The notes under the pieces: generated by a model
The model's database searches: none
Told to the model about the DNA's origin: nothing
The model's input: the letters and a program-made list of their open reading frames with translations, nothing else
Made by a program: the position numbers and the translations under genes
Shown: one piece after another, positions 45,977 through 55,124 of the stretch
Layout of the letters: every line of letters begins with the position of its first letter
Numbering within the stretch: the stretch's first letter is position 1
DNA from: a virus
Lineage: Duplodnaviria > Heunggongvirae > Uroviricota > Caudoviricetes
Reading direction: 5' to 3' (one strand)
IMG/VR virus record: IMGVR_UViG_3300001798_000005
Length of the DNA: 64,000 nt

Positions 45977-46801
45977 TCAAACACTCAAGGCCTCCTTCCG
46001 GCCCAGGAGGTTATAACATTCTTCCCGCTCGGTTCCTTGGGGCCACGGAGACAGCTTCCTGAAAGATTGGCCTTTCTTGATATTGTAAACCGTTGATGCC
46101 GATATCCCGGTTAATTTTGCAATTGTCTTATGATCGGAAGTAACTTCCAGAAGCGTCTTGACATTTCGGGCGAGATTCTCATCCAGGCGTTTTTCGATAA
46201 AACTGCGTTCCCGATGGGGAGCATTAGTGCATTTTTGCGGTTTCATCCCAACCCTGTAGAGTGTTCCGCCATACCGGCGATCCTCTTTAATGTAATTGAC
46301 AAAATCAATGCGACATTGCCCTATTGGGGGAATGGTGTAAATCTTGGCCCCATTCTGGCTAACTGAAGTCACCCCAGGGCAGATCTTCCAAAAGAATTTA
46401 CTGAAAGGAGTCTGACCGATTGGTGAAGTGATCCCAGTTTGGGACTTGTGGGCATAATCAGCATACAGGTTTTGAAAGGATACTTTAGAGCCGAAAATAG
46501 GATCCAAGTCATTGTTCAATAATGATTCCCACCATGATTTTACGCCAGAATAAGTTAAGGTGATGTCTGATAATGCCCCAGATGTGCAATTTATTTTCAT
46601 AAGAGGCGCTGTAATCTTCCTATTCTCAAGGGACTCCTCAAGGCCTTGAAAGATTTGACTCTTGAGGGCTTCCTGAATCCGATCTTTTTCGCTGCTCATG
46701 CGATCATCGAGATACGATGAATATTTTTCAAATTTTTCATTTATTTTTGCGTCAATCTTTTTGTCAATTGCTTCCCAGATTTTATCCCATGGAAAGATCA
46801 T
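45977..46801 (-). CDS. DNA-binding protein (D5-type winged helix plus C-terminal HTH)
   Basis: VSFQNLYADY...FSKFFWKICP; IAKLTGISASTVYNIKKG. Confidence 0.55.
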   Translation of the reverse strand: MIFPWDKIWEAIDKKIDAKINEKFEKYSSYLDDRMSSEKDRIQEALKSQIFQGLEESLENRKITAPLMKINCTSGALSDITLTYSGVKSWWESLLNNDLDPIFGSKVSFQNLYADYAHKSQTGITSPIGQTPFSKFFWKICPGVTSVSQNGAKIYTIPPIGQCRIDFVNYIKEDRRYGGTLYRVGMKPQKCTNAPHRERSFIEKRLDENLARNVKTLLEVTSDHKTIAKLTGISASTVYNIKKGQSFRKLSPWPQGTEREECYNLLGRKEALSV

Positions 46802-47025
46802 TCATTTTCTCCTTCAACTGTTCTGCTCTCTGCTTTAATTTCTCTAGTGCGGGGCCGGAGGCCAGCATGGCATCACCTGAAAGTCGGCCTTCCTCACGGG
46901 CCTCCAGGATATCGCAATAGGTCTCCCGCAAGAGACGTAAATATTCATTATCGTTCATTTGTCCAGTATTGCACATATGGGAATGTTATGCAACAATAGC
47001 GGCAATGGTAAGTTTGGGAGTAAAA

Positions 47026-47361
47026 ATGAAAAACCACGCGGAAATTTATCAAGCACTTTTGGATGGAAAAAAATTGACGTTCTCTCAAAAATCCTACGTC
47101 TGGCTCGAAGACGGAACCCTTGTCAATCAGGCCGGCAACTGCCCAGAGAGCAACTTTTTATTCCCGGAAGACTGGGAAATCTACAAAGAGCCCAAAAAGA
47201 GCCTGACTTATGAGGAAGCGATTGCTTGCCGAAAGGTGAGGATCGTGTGGCCGAATGGGTGTGGGCAGGTTGTGGACCGCAATTCTGGAATGGATTGGGC
47301 GCTGACTCGCTTTGACCTTGCCGAGCGCCGTGGGTATTTGATGGAGGAGGAGGTGGAGTGA
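47026..47361 (+). CDS. Hypothetical protein, paralogue of 51848-52192
   Basis: GKKL...DGT...EDWEIY.EP...T.E...FDLA.R.G shared with the paralogue. Confidence 0.7.
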   Translation: MKNHAEIYQALLDGKKLTFSQKSYVWLEDGTLVNQAGNCPESNFLFPEDWEIYKEPKKSLTYEEAIACRKVRIVWPNGCGQVVDRNSGMDWALTRFDLAERRGYLMEEEVE

Positions 47362-47507
47362 TAATCTGTGATTTTTGCTTTAAATCGCAGTACGCAGTCA
47401 AACTGCTTATAGCAGGGCCAAATGTGATGATTTGCAATGCATGTGTGGATATTTGCAATGAAGTTGTGGCGGAACACGCCAAGGAAGGGACGAAAACCAA
47501 TGACTGA
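47358..47507 (+). CDS. Stand-alone ClpX C4-type zinc-binding domain protein (not in ORF track)
   Basis: MIICDFCFKSQYAVKLLIAGPNVMICNACVDICNEVVAEH; GGAGG RBS; GTGA overlap with the upstream stop. Confidence 0.88.
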   Translation: MIICDFCFKSQYAVKLLIAGPNVMICNACVDICNEVVAEHAKEGTKTND

Positions 47508-48027
47508 CAAGATGACGCCGGAAGAAGATTATCAACATTGGCTTGAAAGTCTGTCTGGTTCAGATCTTCATGAGGACTGCTATTTTGTGACAAGTGACGA
47601 GATTTTGGAGCTAGATACAATCATCGTCAATGAACGCGCCCAGGCCGTGGAGGAGTATCGACAAGATCTAATCCGTCGTGGCATTAGTGCGCTAGAGGAC
47701 ACAGATCGCAATCCTGCAATGATCCTCGTACTAGAGATCTATCGCGCCTTTGGCTGGCAAGGTGGCACAATCCATCAAGTGATCGCCGAGATAAAAAGGC
47801 TTCGTGAGGTGGGAAAAGGCCACCAGTGGCAGCCGATTGAGACCGCGCCGAAAGATACCAGCCAATATATACTTGCCTCCAGAACAACCGGAAGAGCATA
47901 CTGGATTGTGTTTTGGCACCCAATGAAGGACGGCTGGTTTATCCCTGGGGCAAATACAAGCGTTTGTCCCACCCACTGGATGCCGCTGCCAGAGCCGCCA
48001 CAGAGTCAGATGAAGGAGGGGATCTAA
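47500..48027 (+). CDS. DUF551-domain protein
   Basis: C-terminal WQPIETAPKD...PTHWMPLPEPP. Confidence 0.78.
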   Translation: MTDKMTPEEDYQHWLESLSGSDLHEDCYFVTSDEILELDTIIVNERAQAVEEYRQDLIRRGISALEDTDRNPAMILVLEIYRAFGWQGGTIHQVIAEIKRLREVGKGHQWQPIETAPKDTSQYILASRTTGRAYWIVFWHPMKDGWFIPGANTSVCPTHWMPLPEPPQSQMKEGI

Positions 48028-48377
48028 TGCCTTTTTACGAGTTACCCGGCCCAAAGGTTGTTGAAAAGTACACTGAATATCTTCGTATAGCAAAGGCAGA
48101 CCCAAATGGTGAATGGAATTCAAATGAATATTGGATGAGTTGTGGCTTTAAGGCCGCCTGCACAATGTTTTTTGGCACTGTGTACGCTGGCTCTCTTATA
48201 ATGCAGTCCGATAGTTTGCTTGAGGAGGAGACAGCCCAGGCCGTCCAGACCTTCCCTGAGGCCTACGAGGGCGCCAAGGCCAGACAGCCACTAGTGGGCG
48301 AGATTCTGCAACTTTCCCCGATTCCGGGAAAGTTGGATGTGCCACGCTTCTCCAGCACAGATGAGCCGGGGGTGTAG
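48027..48377 (+). CDS. Hypothetical protein
   Basis: ATG after GGAGG RBS. Confidence 0.55.
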   Translation: MPFYELPGPKVVEKYTEYLRIAKADPNGEWNSNEYWMSCGFKAACTMFFGTVYAGSLIMQSDSLLEEETAQAVQTFPEAYEGAKARQPLVGEILQLSPIPGKLDVPRFSSTDEPGV

Positions 48378-48381
48378 GCGG

Positions 48382-48951
48382 ATGAAGGTACTTGTTGGCT
48401 GCGAATTCAGTGGGATTGTGCGGGACGCCTTTCTGATGGCTGGTCACGAGGCTGTATCCTGCGACCTTCTTCCCACGGAAAGCCCAGGGCCTCACATTCA
48501 AGGTAATATTCTGGATCATTTGGATGACGGGTGGGACCTAGGCATTTTCCACCCGCCTTGCACCTACTTATCGAATAGCGGGGTCCGCTGGCTGCATTCC
48601 GACCCGAAGCGGTGGGAACTTATGGCCGATGCGGCTCATTTTTTCAACACGATCTTGTCCGCTAATATCCCCTCGATCTGTGTCGAAAACCCGATCCAAC
48701 ATAAATACGCGCGGGCGCTTATCCCATTGTATCAACAGATCATACACCCGTGGCAGTACGGACACCCGGAATCAAAGACGACTTGTCTTTGGCTTAAGAA
48801 CCTACACCCCTTAGTGACAACAAGAATCATGGAGGAGCGGGAACAAAGGCTTTGGAAGCTGCCGCCCAGCCTAACCCGCTGGAAGAAGCGCAGTGTTACT
48901 TATGCCGGAATCGCTCAGGCGATGGCAGAGCAATGGAGCAAGTATGCATAA
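48382..48951 (+). CDS. Short C5-cytosine DNA methyltransferase-like protein
   Basis: VLVGCEFSG; HPPC; ENP; KTTCLWLKNL. Confidence 0.8.
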   Translation: MKVLVGCEFSGIVRDAFLMAGHEAVSCDLLPTESPGPHIQGNILDHLDDGWDLGIFHPPCTYLSNSGVRWLHSDPKRWELMADAAHFFNTILSANIPSICVENPIQHKYARALIPLYQQIIHPWQYGHPESKTTCLWLKNLHPLVTTRIMEEREQRLWKLPPSLTRWKKRSVTYAGIAQAMAEQWSKYA

Positions 48952-49396
48952 TAATAAATTTTTACAACGGGCAATGCCGCAAAAATTGATTGAACAGAAG
49001 GAGGACCCCCAACCGTGACCAAATTTAGCGCCCACCTGGATCGCGTATCAGCCATTGTGGACAAGTGGCCCGAATGGAAACGTAATATTTTTGGAGGAAA
49101 CGAGAAAAATGACACATTTATTTTGGGAATCCTATGAGTCCGAAATAAGCCCTGAAGGCTATCGTATTGTGCAACTGGAGGGCGAGGTTGAGCGGCTGAA
49201 GGAAAGCGTAAAGTGGTATGACAGCCATTTAAGCGCCGTCAATGTGGTTTTTTTATCCAAAAGGGGGCGGGTAGTTGCGTCTATTTTCTGAGATGCTGGT
49301 ACACCCTCGTCCAGGCCTACTGGGACGTCAGGCAGGGACACGAGCGGGCAAAGCTTTGGCAACGTATTGGTAAGGATTTGAAGGAAAAGAACAAAA

Positions 49397-49813
49397 ATGC
49401 TGACAAATGAGGAATTAAATGCGATTCACAAGCGCTACCCGTTTAATCAGGATGGGGATATCTGGCATTTGCTGGCCCACATCACCGAGCAGCAGGAGGC
49501 CATTGAGAAGCTGCGGGAGGCGCTGAAGTGGTACGACTTTAAAGACATTCCGGGCAAAGAGAGCTATGATCAGTGGAAAAATAGGACTAAAGTCAAAGCG
49601 GGAGAGATTGCGGAAACGGCCCTCGCCACCCCCATCGCCCAAAAGGCCCAAGCGGAGGCGAGGGTGCTGGAAGCGGCGAAGGGGATGGTGGCGGAGATGG
49701 AAAGACGCGGGATTGACACGCACGGGGAGAGTTTCAATCCTCTTTATCGGCATATTGTTGATGCCGTCGAAGCCCTCCGGGCGCTGGAAGGGGGCGGTAG
49801 ATGCTTTGGATAA
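49397..49813 (+). CDS. Ead/Ea22-like hypothetical protein
   Basis: MLTNEEL.AI and LLAHITEQ shared with 50102-50575. Confidence 0.6.
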   Translation: MLTNEELNAIHKRYPFNQDGDIWHLLAHITEQQEAIEKLREALKWYDFKDIPGKESYDQWKNRTKVKAGEIAETALATPIAQKAQAEARVLEAAKGMVAEMERRGIDTHGESFNPLYRHIVDAVEALRALEGGGRCFG

Positions 49814-50101
49814 ATCAGATTTTTTGTAAGCACAAATGGGAATACAGGGGTGAATGGAAAAACTTCTTCGGGGCCACAGCAACACGATACCAATGCAAAC
49901 ATTGCAAAAAAATCATTCACGAGGAGGGATAGAAATGCTGTTGAGACTCCTTAAATTCTTGATTGGCTGGGAACCTTGCCGACATCAATATGAAAAGGTG
50001 GCAAATGTTTTTGAGGATGGTGATTACACCCTTCCCATACATATCAAATATCGCTGTGTCCATTGTTGCAAAGTCAAAAAAGTTTAGGGAAGGATTAAAA
50101 A

Positions 50102-50575
50102 ATGCTGACAAATGAGGAATTGCAGGCGATAGCCGAGCTTGAGGAAAGAGCCACTAAAGGGCCTTGGTTTATAAAAACCGACTCCTGTGATTGTGGAGAC
50201 GGCTATGGATGCTCTCACAGGGCGTGGGGCTATGAGCTTTATCGTGTAGATCCAGAACCAGATCCCGAATGGGGAGACATGGAAACAAAAGCCCGCCAAT
50301 GCCTTTCCGGTCTATATCAGCGTCCGGTTGCTGAAGATATTATAATAAGCGTTGATGATGGTGAATTCTGTGCCACCGCCCGCACAAACATCCCCGCGCT
50401 CCTGGCCCACATCACCGAGCAGGCGGAGACCATTGGGAAGCTGAGGGACGTAATCAGAAAATCTACCACCTATCGATACCAGACGTGTGATGGCACTTGG
50501 TGTACAGGGTGCTGGAAAGACTTGGCACGCGATACCCTCGCCGAAACAGCCGCGTTTGAGACCAACAATGTTTAA
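50102..50575 (+). CDS. Ead/Ea22-like protein
   Basis: L..I.ELEERATKGPW...D.EF.A.AR..IPALLAHI. Confidence 0.72.
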   Translation: MLTNEELQAIAELEERATKGPWFIKTDSCDCGDGYGCSHRAWGYELYRVDPEPDPEWGDMETKARQCLSGLYQRPVAEDIIISVDDGEFCATARTNIPALLAHITEQAETIGKLRDVIRKSTTYRYQTCDGTWCTGCWKDLARDTLAETAAFETNNV

Positions 50576-51146
50576 AAAAGCTAAAATAGATCTCAACACT
50601 TATCTGATCGCTGATCTCCATCTCGGCCATAAGGGAATTATCAAATTTTCCAGAACTGAATTCGAGACCCTCGACCAGCACCACGCGGCCATTGTTGAGA
50701 GATGGAACTCAGTCGTTTGCCCCAATGACAAAATACTGATCCTGGGCGATCTAGCGTTTACGATCCCTGAGCTTGAAATCCTCCATGACCTGAAAGGGAG
50801 CAAGATCCTCGTCATGGGGAACCATGACCTTAACAGCGCCTCCAGGTATTTGAAGTATGTCGATGACATCGGAGGCGCAGTCAACTGCACCATAGGGGAT
50901 AAACGGCTGATCTTCACCCATATCCCGATTCACCCAAATTGCATGCGATGGGATCTCAATATTCACGGCCACCTCCATGGGGGGCAGATTTTGGATCATA
51001 CGCAAGTGGACAAGCCAAGGGATTTGCGATATTATTGCGTAAGTTGGGAGATCCTAAACGGATATCCCGTGAAGTTAGGAACAGTACTGGAAAGGATTGA
51101 TAATGAAAATCACCATCCCGGCGGAATTAATCCCCAAGAGCATTGA
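50568..51146 (+). CDS. Calcineurin-like metallophosphoesterase
   Basis: ADLHLGH; LGDL; GNHD; THIP; NIHGHLH. Confidence 0.9.
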   Translation: MFKKAKIDLNTYLIADLHLGHKGIIKFSRTEFETLDQHHAAIVERWNSVVCPNDKILILGDLAFTIPELEILHDLKGSKILVMGNHDLNSASRYLKYVDDIGGAVNCTIGDKRLIFTHIPIHPNCMRWDLNIHGHLHGGQILDHTQVDKPRDLRYYCVSWEILNGYPVKLGTVLERIDNENHHPGGINPQEH

Positions 51147-51360
51147 AATTCAATGCAACCCGGATGGGTCCCTCTCTCCACTGGTGACAATAAGATTTGC
51201 CATCTCGCCACAACGGGAAGGCGTCTCTGGGAGAGAAAGTATCTACACTTATTCAAATTTCATTTCTGCCGCCCTGGTGGGGAGGCTCGTTGAAGAAATC
51301 ACCCAAGGGGTTGAGGAGAAGCTCATAAAAGATCTTTCAGAAGACCTGGGGGAGGAATGA
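51097..51360 (+). CDS. Hypothetical protein
   Basis: 87-aa ORF in the operon. Confidence 0.5.
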   Translation: MIMKITIPAELIPKSIEIQCNPDGSLSPLVTIRFAISPQREGVSGRESIYTYSNFISAALVGRLVEEITQGVEEKLIKDLSEDLGEE

Positions 51361-51790
51361 GCCATCCTGAGCCGAGAATCAATATAGCGCCCCTCAGGGA
51401 TGCCGGTTATACCTTTATTTTGCGCCAGAGCAACACGGATGGACACTGGAAGTATAAAAACGGCCCCCTGATGAGTACTGCCAATGCCCTGAAGGACCTA
51501 GAGAAGAGGAAAATTGCTATCCATAGCCGCAAAGTTATGAAGCGACCCGCCTGGGAGGGGATTTAACCAGCAGGGAGGATAATGGAGGAAGCAATGTCGT
51601 TTTCCCGAGGTAACCATGGTCAGCGCCATTTATGTCTTCACCGGTGATCGGACCACCTATGTCTACCTCCCCCAGAGGGGGCTGCCCAACGGGGCTGCGT
51701 TGGCGGAATGGGTTTTCAGATACCTACATGAATATTACTATTTATTTACTTTATAGATCCATGGTGGATAACATGGAGGGTTAGGGATTA

Positions 51791-51819
51791 TTGACACCAG
51801 GTGGAATTTTAGATAAAAT
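51791..51819 (+). promoter_or_regulatory. Consensus-like sigma70 promoter
   Basis: TTGACA-N17-TAAAAT. Confidence 0.75.
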
Positions 51820-51847
51820 TACGTAATATCAGCAGAAGGAAACAGCA

Positions 51848-52192
51848 GTGAATTATAAAGAATTTATCACCCTGGCCAGTCAGGGGAAAAAGCTCCGAGA
51901 TAAAACTTGGGGTAAGGAACTGTGGATCCAGATGAGGGATGATGGGACTTTTATCAGCTCGGACGGTCGGGCAATGCACTATCAGGCTGGGGCAGACGTT
52001 TCTGAATTTGAGATCTTTATCGAGCCCGTGACCTTTGAGGCATGTCTGGCTGCGCAAAGTGTCAATATTATATTTCCCGGCGGAAACGGATCTTCTGATG
52101 ATAGCTATACTCAATCAGGCGGTTGGACCCTCCAGGAGCTTTCAGTTTTTGATCTCGCCATCCGGTATGGTTGGGAAATCGAACTCTCATGA
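51848..52192 (+). CDS. Hypothetical protein, paralogue of 47026-47361
   Basis: Shared motifs with 47026-47361; first gene after a strong promoter. Confidence 0.7.
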   Translation: MNYKEFITLASQGKKLRDKTWGKELWIQMRDDGTFISSDGRAMHYQAGADVSEFEIFIEPVTFEACLAAQSVNIIFPGGNGSSDDSYTQSGGWTLQELSVFDLAIRYGWEIELS

Positions 52193-52899
52193 TCGCCATC
52201 CCCGACATTCATGGCCGCTATGATCGCCTTCAGGCCATTCTGAAACTGTTAAAAGAGGCCGGAAAGGCCGATCCCAAAAATATGATCTTCCTCGGGGATT
52301 ATGTAGACCGAGGCCCGGAGTCGGCCCAAGTGGTCTCGACCCTGCGGGAGTTTCAGCGCCAAGGGGCTATTGTCCTTAAGGGCAATCATGAGGGGCTGAT
52401 GTGTGATGCGGTTTTAAAGGGCCACTTTGAAGCAACTTCCCTTTGGGAGATGAACGGCGGGGGTGAGACAAGGCGATCCTATCATGCGACCTATCAGGAC
52501 CCCAGCGCAGCCCTGAGGTATGATGCCAAGTGGCTGCAGGATCTGCCGCTCTATCACGAGAACGAAACGGAGTTCTTCTCTCACGCGCCCCTGCCACCGC
52601 TGTTAGAAAAATCTTCTCAATTCCCAGATTGGCGCTTGGCGCTCCTGAATGAGCAGATTATGACCTGGAGCTACTTCCAGCCAGAGAATGCCGCCTTCAA
52701 GGTGCCGGGCAAGGATGCCTATTGCGGCCACGTCCACGCCCTCCGGGCCAATATCTGGTTACCTCGCTTTTATGAACGCTATGCCTACCTGGATGCCGGG
52801 TGCGGTTGCCTCCCTGATGCTAAACTGGTGGCTTTCGATACTGAAGAAAAGAGACTTTATGTTGATGACCTGGAGAAACAATATGGAACCTTTGAGTAA
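52189..52899 (+). CDS. Ser/Thr protein phosphatase-like metallophosphoesterase (NinI/PrpA-like)
   Basis: DIHG; GDYVDRGPES; KGNHE; GHVH. Confidence 0.9.
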   Translation: MIAIPDIHGRYDRLQAILKLLKEAGKADPKNMIFLGDYVDRGPESAQVVSTLREFQRQGAIVLKGNHEGLMCDAVLKGHFEATSLWEMNGGGETRRSYHATYQDPSAALRYDAKWLQDLPLYHENETEFFSHAPLPPLLEKSSQFPDWRLALLNEQIMTWSYFQPENAAFKVPGKDAYCGHVHALRANIWLPRFYERYAYLDAGCGCLPDAKLVAFDTEEKRLYVDDLEKQYGTFE

Positions 52900-53257
52900 A
52901 GACAAAGAACTAGCGGAAGACTGGCGGGAGCTGGCGGAGGCTTTTCTAAAATTGCAGGATGTGGCCCAGAGGATGGTACCATTAGTGGTCGATCATGCTG
53001 AGGACCTGAAAAAGCGCCTTGCCCACAAGAGCGCCTCTTGGTCTGCCCTGAAGCACAAGGGCAAGAATCAGCGGCACGAGCTGGATCGTCAGCAAAGGAG
53101 GCTCCAGAAGCAAAAGCGAAAAATCGAGGAATTGACCCTTGAGAACCAAGGATTGAAACAGCTCATCACCATTAGGGCGATGGACAGTATGGGCTATAAA
53201 GTTGCCGAGGCTTTTTCACCGGACTCTGGCAGGTCCCCTGAAGGCATTGACGATTGA
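52883..53257 (+). CDS. Coiled-coil hypothetical protein
   Basis: Heptad-rich helical sequence. Confidence 0.5.
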   Translation: MEPLSKDKELAEDWRELAEAFLKLQDVAQRMVPLVVDHAEDLKKRLAHKSASWSALKHKGKNQRHELDRQQRRLQKQKRKIEELTLENQGLKQLITIRAMDSMGYKVAEAFSPDSGRSPEGIDD

Positions 53258-53487
53258 AAGACGACATTGCAGCCGCCATGGAGATTGTCCTGAAGGGGGG
53301 CGGAAGTATCCCGACATTGCTCTTTATCCCCGGGCACGGATTCTTGGACGCTCAGGGGATCCGGGATCTCCTGATGGGGCTCAATGATTCTTCTTTAGAT
53401 TTTCTCAAAAAACTCCAAACCTGTCACCCAGTAAGGGTTTTCAAAGGCAAGTCTCAGCCGATCCCCGGCGGCGGCTTCGGGGGAAGG

Positions 53488-53856
53488 TTAAAGCTCAACC
53501 GCCTCAGCGACAAAAAGGATCCCTGACGTCAAGGCCCCAGAGGACTGGATGACCAACGCAGCAGCGGATTCGGTGGCGAGGATGAAGCTATCGACGTCCC
53601 CACAGGGGACCGAAACCTGTAGGCCATCATTGGCGGCCAGCTCAGGGATGCAGAGCGTGGTGGAGCCGCTTTTGAACGTAATGTTCATCGCGGTGCCATC
53701 GCTGATCCAGGCTCCGACGAGAAAGATTTTAGCAACCCCGGTGGGGGTTCGGATGGTCAGATCTGCCCCGGTGGTGTCGATAACGACTTTATACCCGTAG
53801 ACGGTGGCCTTGCCCCGGCGGGTAATGGTGCTGACGAGTGTTGCTGAATTGGCCAT
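53488..53856 (-). CDS. Hypothetical beta-rich protein
   Basis: 122-aa ORF with RBS; composition resembles virion proteins. Confidence 0.55.
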   Translation of the reverse strand: MANSATLVSTITRRGKATVYGYKVVIDTTGADLTIRTPTGVAKIFLVGAWISDGTAMNITFKSGSTTLCIPELAANDGLQVSVPCGDVDSFILATESAAALVIQSSGALTSGILFVAEAVEL

Positions 53857-53970
53857 AAGGATCTCCCTGTCTGTTTATTTGATCATAAGCCATGGATCTG
53901 CTATGATGACTCCACCATAGCTAAACCTTTATCCTTATCTGGCCGCAAGAAATTGTGGCTTTTCTTTGTG

Positions 53971-54036
53971 AATCCTCATTTGACTGTCATTTGATTCTGG
54001 TATTATAATTGTATACCAGAAAGGGAAAGAGGAACG
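53971..54036 (+). promoter_or_regulatory. Repeated promoter/operator, copy A
   Basis: AATCCTCAT...TTCTGGTAT-TATAAT-TGT-ATACCAGAA; 44 bp identical to 56514-56557. Confidence 0.8.
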
Positions 54037-54040
54037 ACAG

Positions 54041-54265
54041 ATGAACAGCCCGAAAACGAAACCAGAACGCCTTCAAGAAGAACTTGAACTTTCCCTGGAT
54101 GTCCTTGACTCACTCCAGGAGAAAATTGCCGCAATGCGGATCCTCTTGGAAACCGGCAAGGCTGATCAGTATGCTGGCCGAGAGCTTCGATTCGCTGAAG
54201 CGTCCCTGCCGGGGGCTGAGTATGATATCCGGCGGTTTCAAGAAGCGATTGCCCTTTCAGCTTAG
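54041..54265 (+). CDS. Hypothetical protein
   Basis: Follows motif copy A and a GAGG RBS. Confidence 0.6.
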   Translation: MNSPKTKPERLQEELELSLDVLDSLQEKIAAMRILLETGKADQYAGRELRFAEASLPGAEYDIRRFQEAIALSA

Positions 54266-54901
54266 GCTGAAGGGCTCGCCGTTGCGGGTGATCGGGAGGG
54301 TGGGGTAAACTCTTCTAACTTTATAGAGCATCTCATCACACGCCTGCGGGCTGCCAGAACCAACAATGAGCTGGTGTGTGCCTATGTCAAAAATATCACC
54401 CGGTTGACAAAATCCAGTTTCAGGCGCCTGTGGGGGCGGGGCCATTGGAGCTTCCAACTCCTCAACGGATTCCCCCAAGTCCAGATCGGGGAAATTGATC
54501 TCATCCAGCAATTCTGAAAGATCTATATCCTCCACGAAGGCGTCAAAGCTCTCCTGGGTGATGGTGCCGTGCTCGCTTGATGCCTGGAGGACCAGGGCCT
54601 TCGCGCCTTCGATGGACTCGGCCCATATCTCGACAACCGGGAGGTCTGGCACGGTATAACCTTCGGCCTCTAGTTCCGCCAAGGCCTTGCAGCGCCCAGC
54701 GCCGTCGATGATGAGGCGGTGATCGGCCCAGACGTAGAAAGGAAAGCAGAATCCACGGTTGACTATTGCGTTTTTGAGTTTTGAGATATCTCGGTCCTCA
54801 ACGGCCTTGAGGGTATTGGCCTCGAAGGTCTTCAGCTCCCCCCAGGAGAGGGTTGGAACGTTTTGGACCTGAATGGGGAAGGTCTTTTGTTTCTTGGCCA
54901 T
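54257..54901 (-). CDS. ParB/Srx-like protein (methyltransferase domain absent)
   Basis: L.NAI..RGF..P...W....IIDGAGRC.A; ends just after the PGDIFDIGTHQL linker motif. Confidence 0.75.
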   Translation of the reverse strand: MAKKQKTFPIQVQNVPTLSWGELKTFEANTLKAVEDRDISKLKNAIVNRGFCFPFYVWADHRLIIDGAGRCKALAELEAEGYTVPDLPVVEIWAESIEGAKALVLQASSEHGTITQESFDAFVEDIDLSELLDEINFPDLDLGESVEELEAPMAPPPQAPETGFCQPGDIFDIGTHQLIVGSGSPQACDEMLYKVRRVYPTLPITRNGEPFSLS

Positions 54902-54909
54902 GTGTGTCT

Positions 54910-54932
54910 CCAATTAGGAAGTTCCTAATTGG
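54910..54932. promoter_or_regulatory. Perfect 10-bp inverted repeat over the ParB-like RBS
   Basis: CCAATTAGGA-AGT-TCCTAATTGG. Confidence 0.6.
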
Positions 54933-54974
54933 ATTTTACTTGCCAGATGGGCGAAGTTATGTAACAATTGGAAT

Positions 54975-55124
54975 ATGAAACAATTCCTTTCCAACCGGCA
55001 AAAATCCCGCACCCCGAGAGGTGGCGGCTTTTGGTGCGTGAATTGTGATCGATGTATCGTTTCAGCGGGGCAGAGATGTCCTGTCTGTAGAGTCAGAAAC
55101 GGAAAAAAGAGAGATAAGCCTTGA
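54975..55124 (+). CDS. 49-aa Zn-ribbon protein (not in ORF track)
   Basis: WCVNCDRC...CPVC. Confidence 0.55.
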   Translation: MKQFLSNRQKSRTPRGGGFWCVNCDRCIVSAGQRCPVCRVRNGKKRDKP

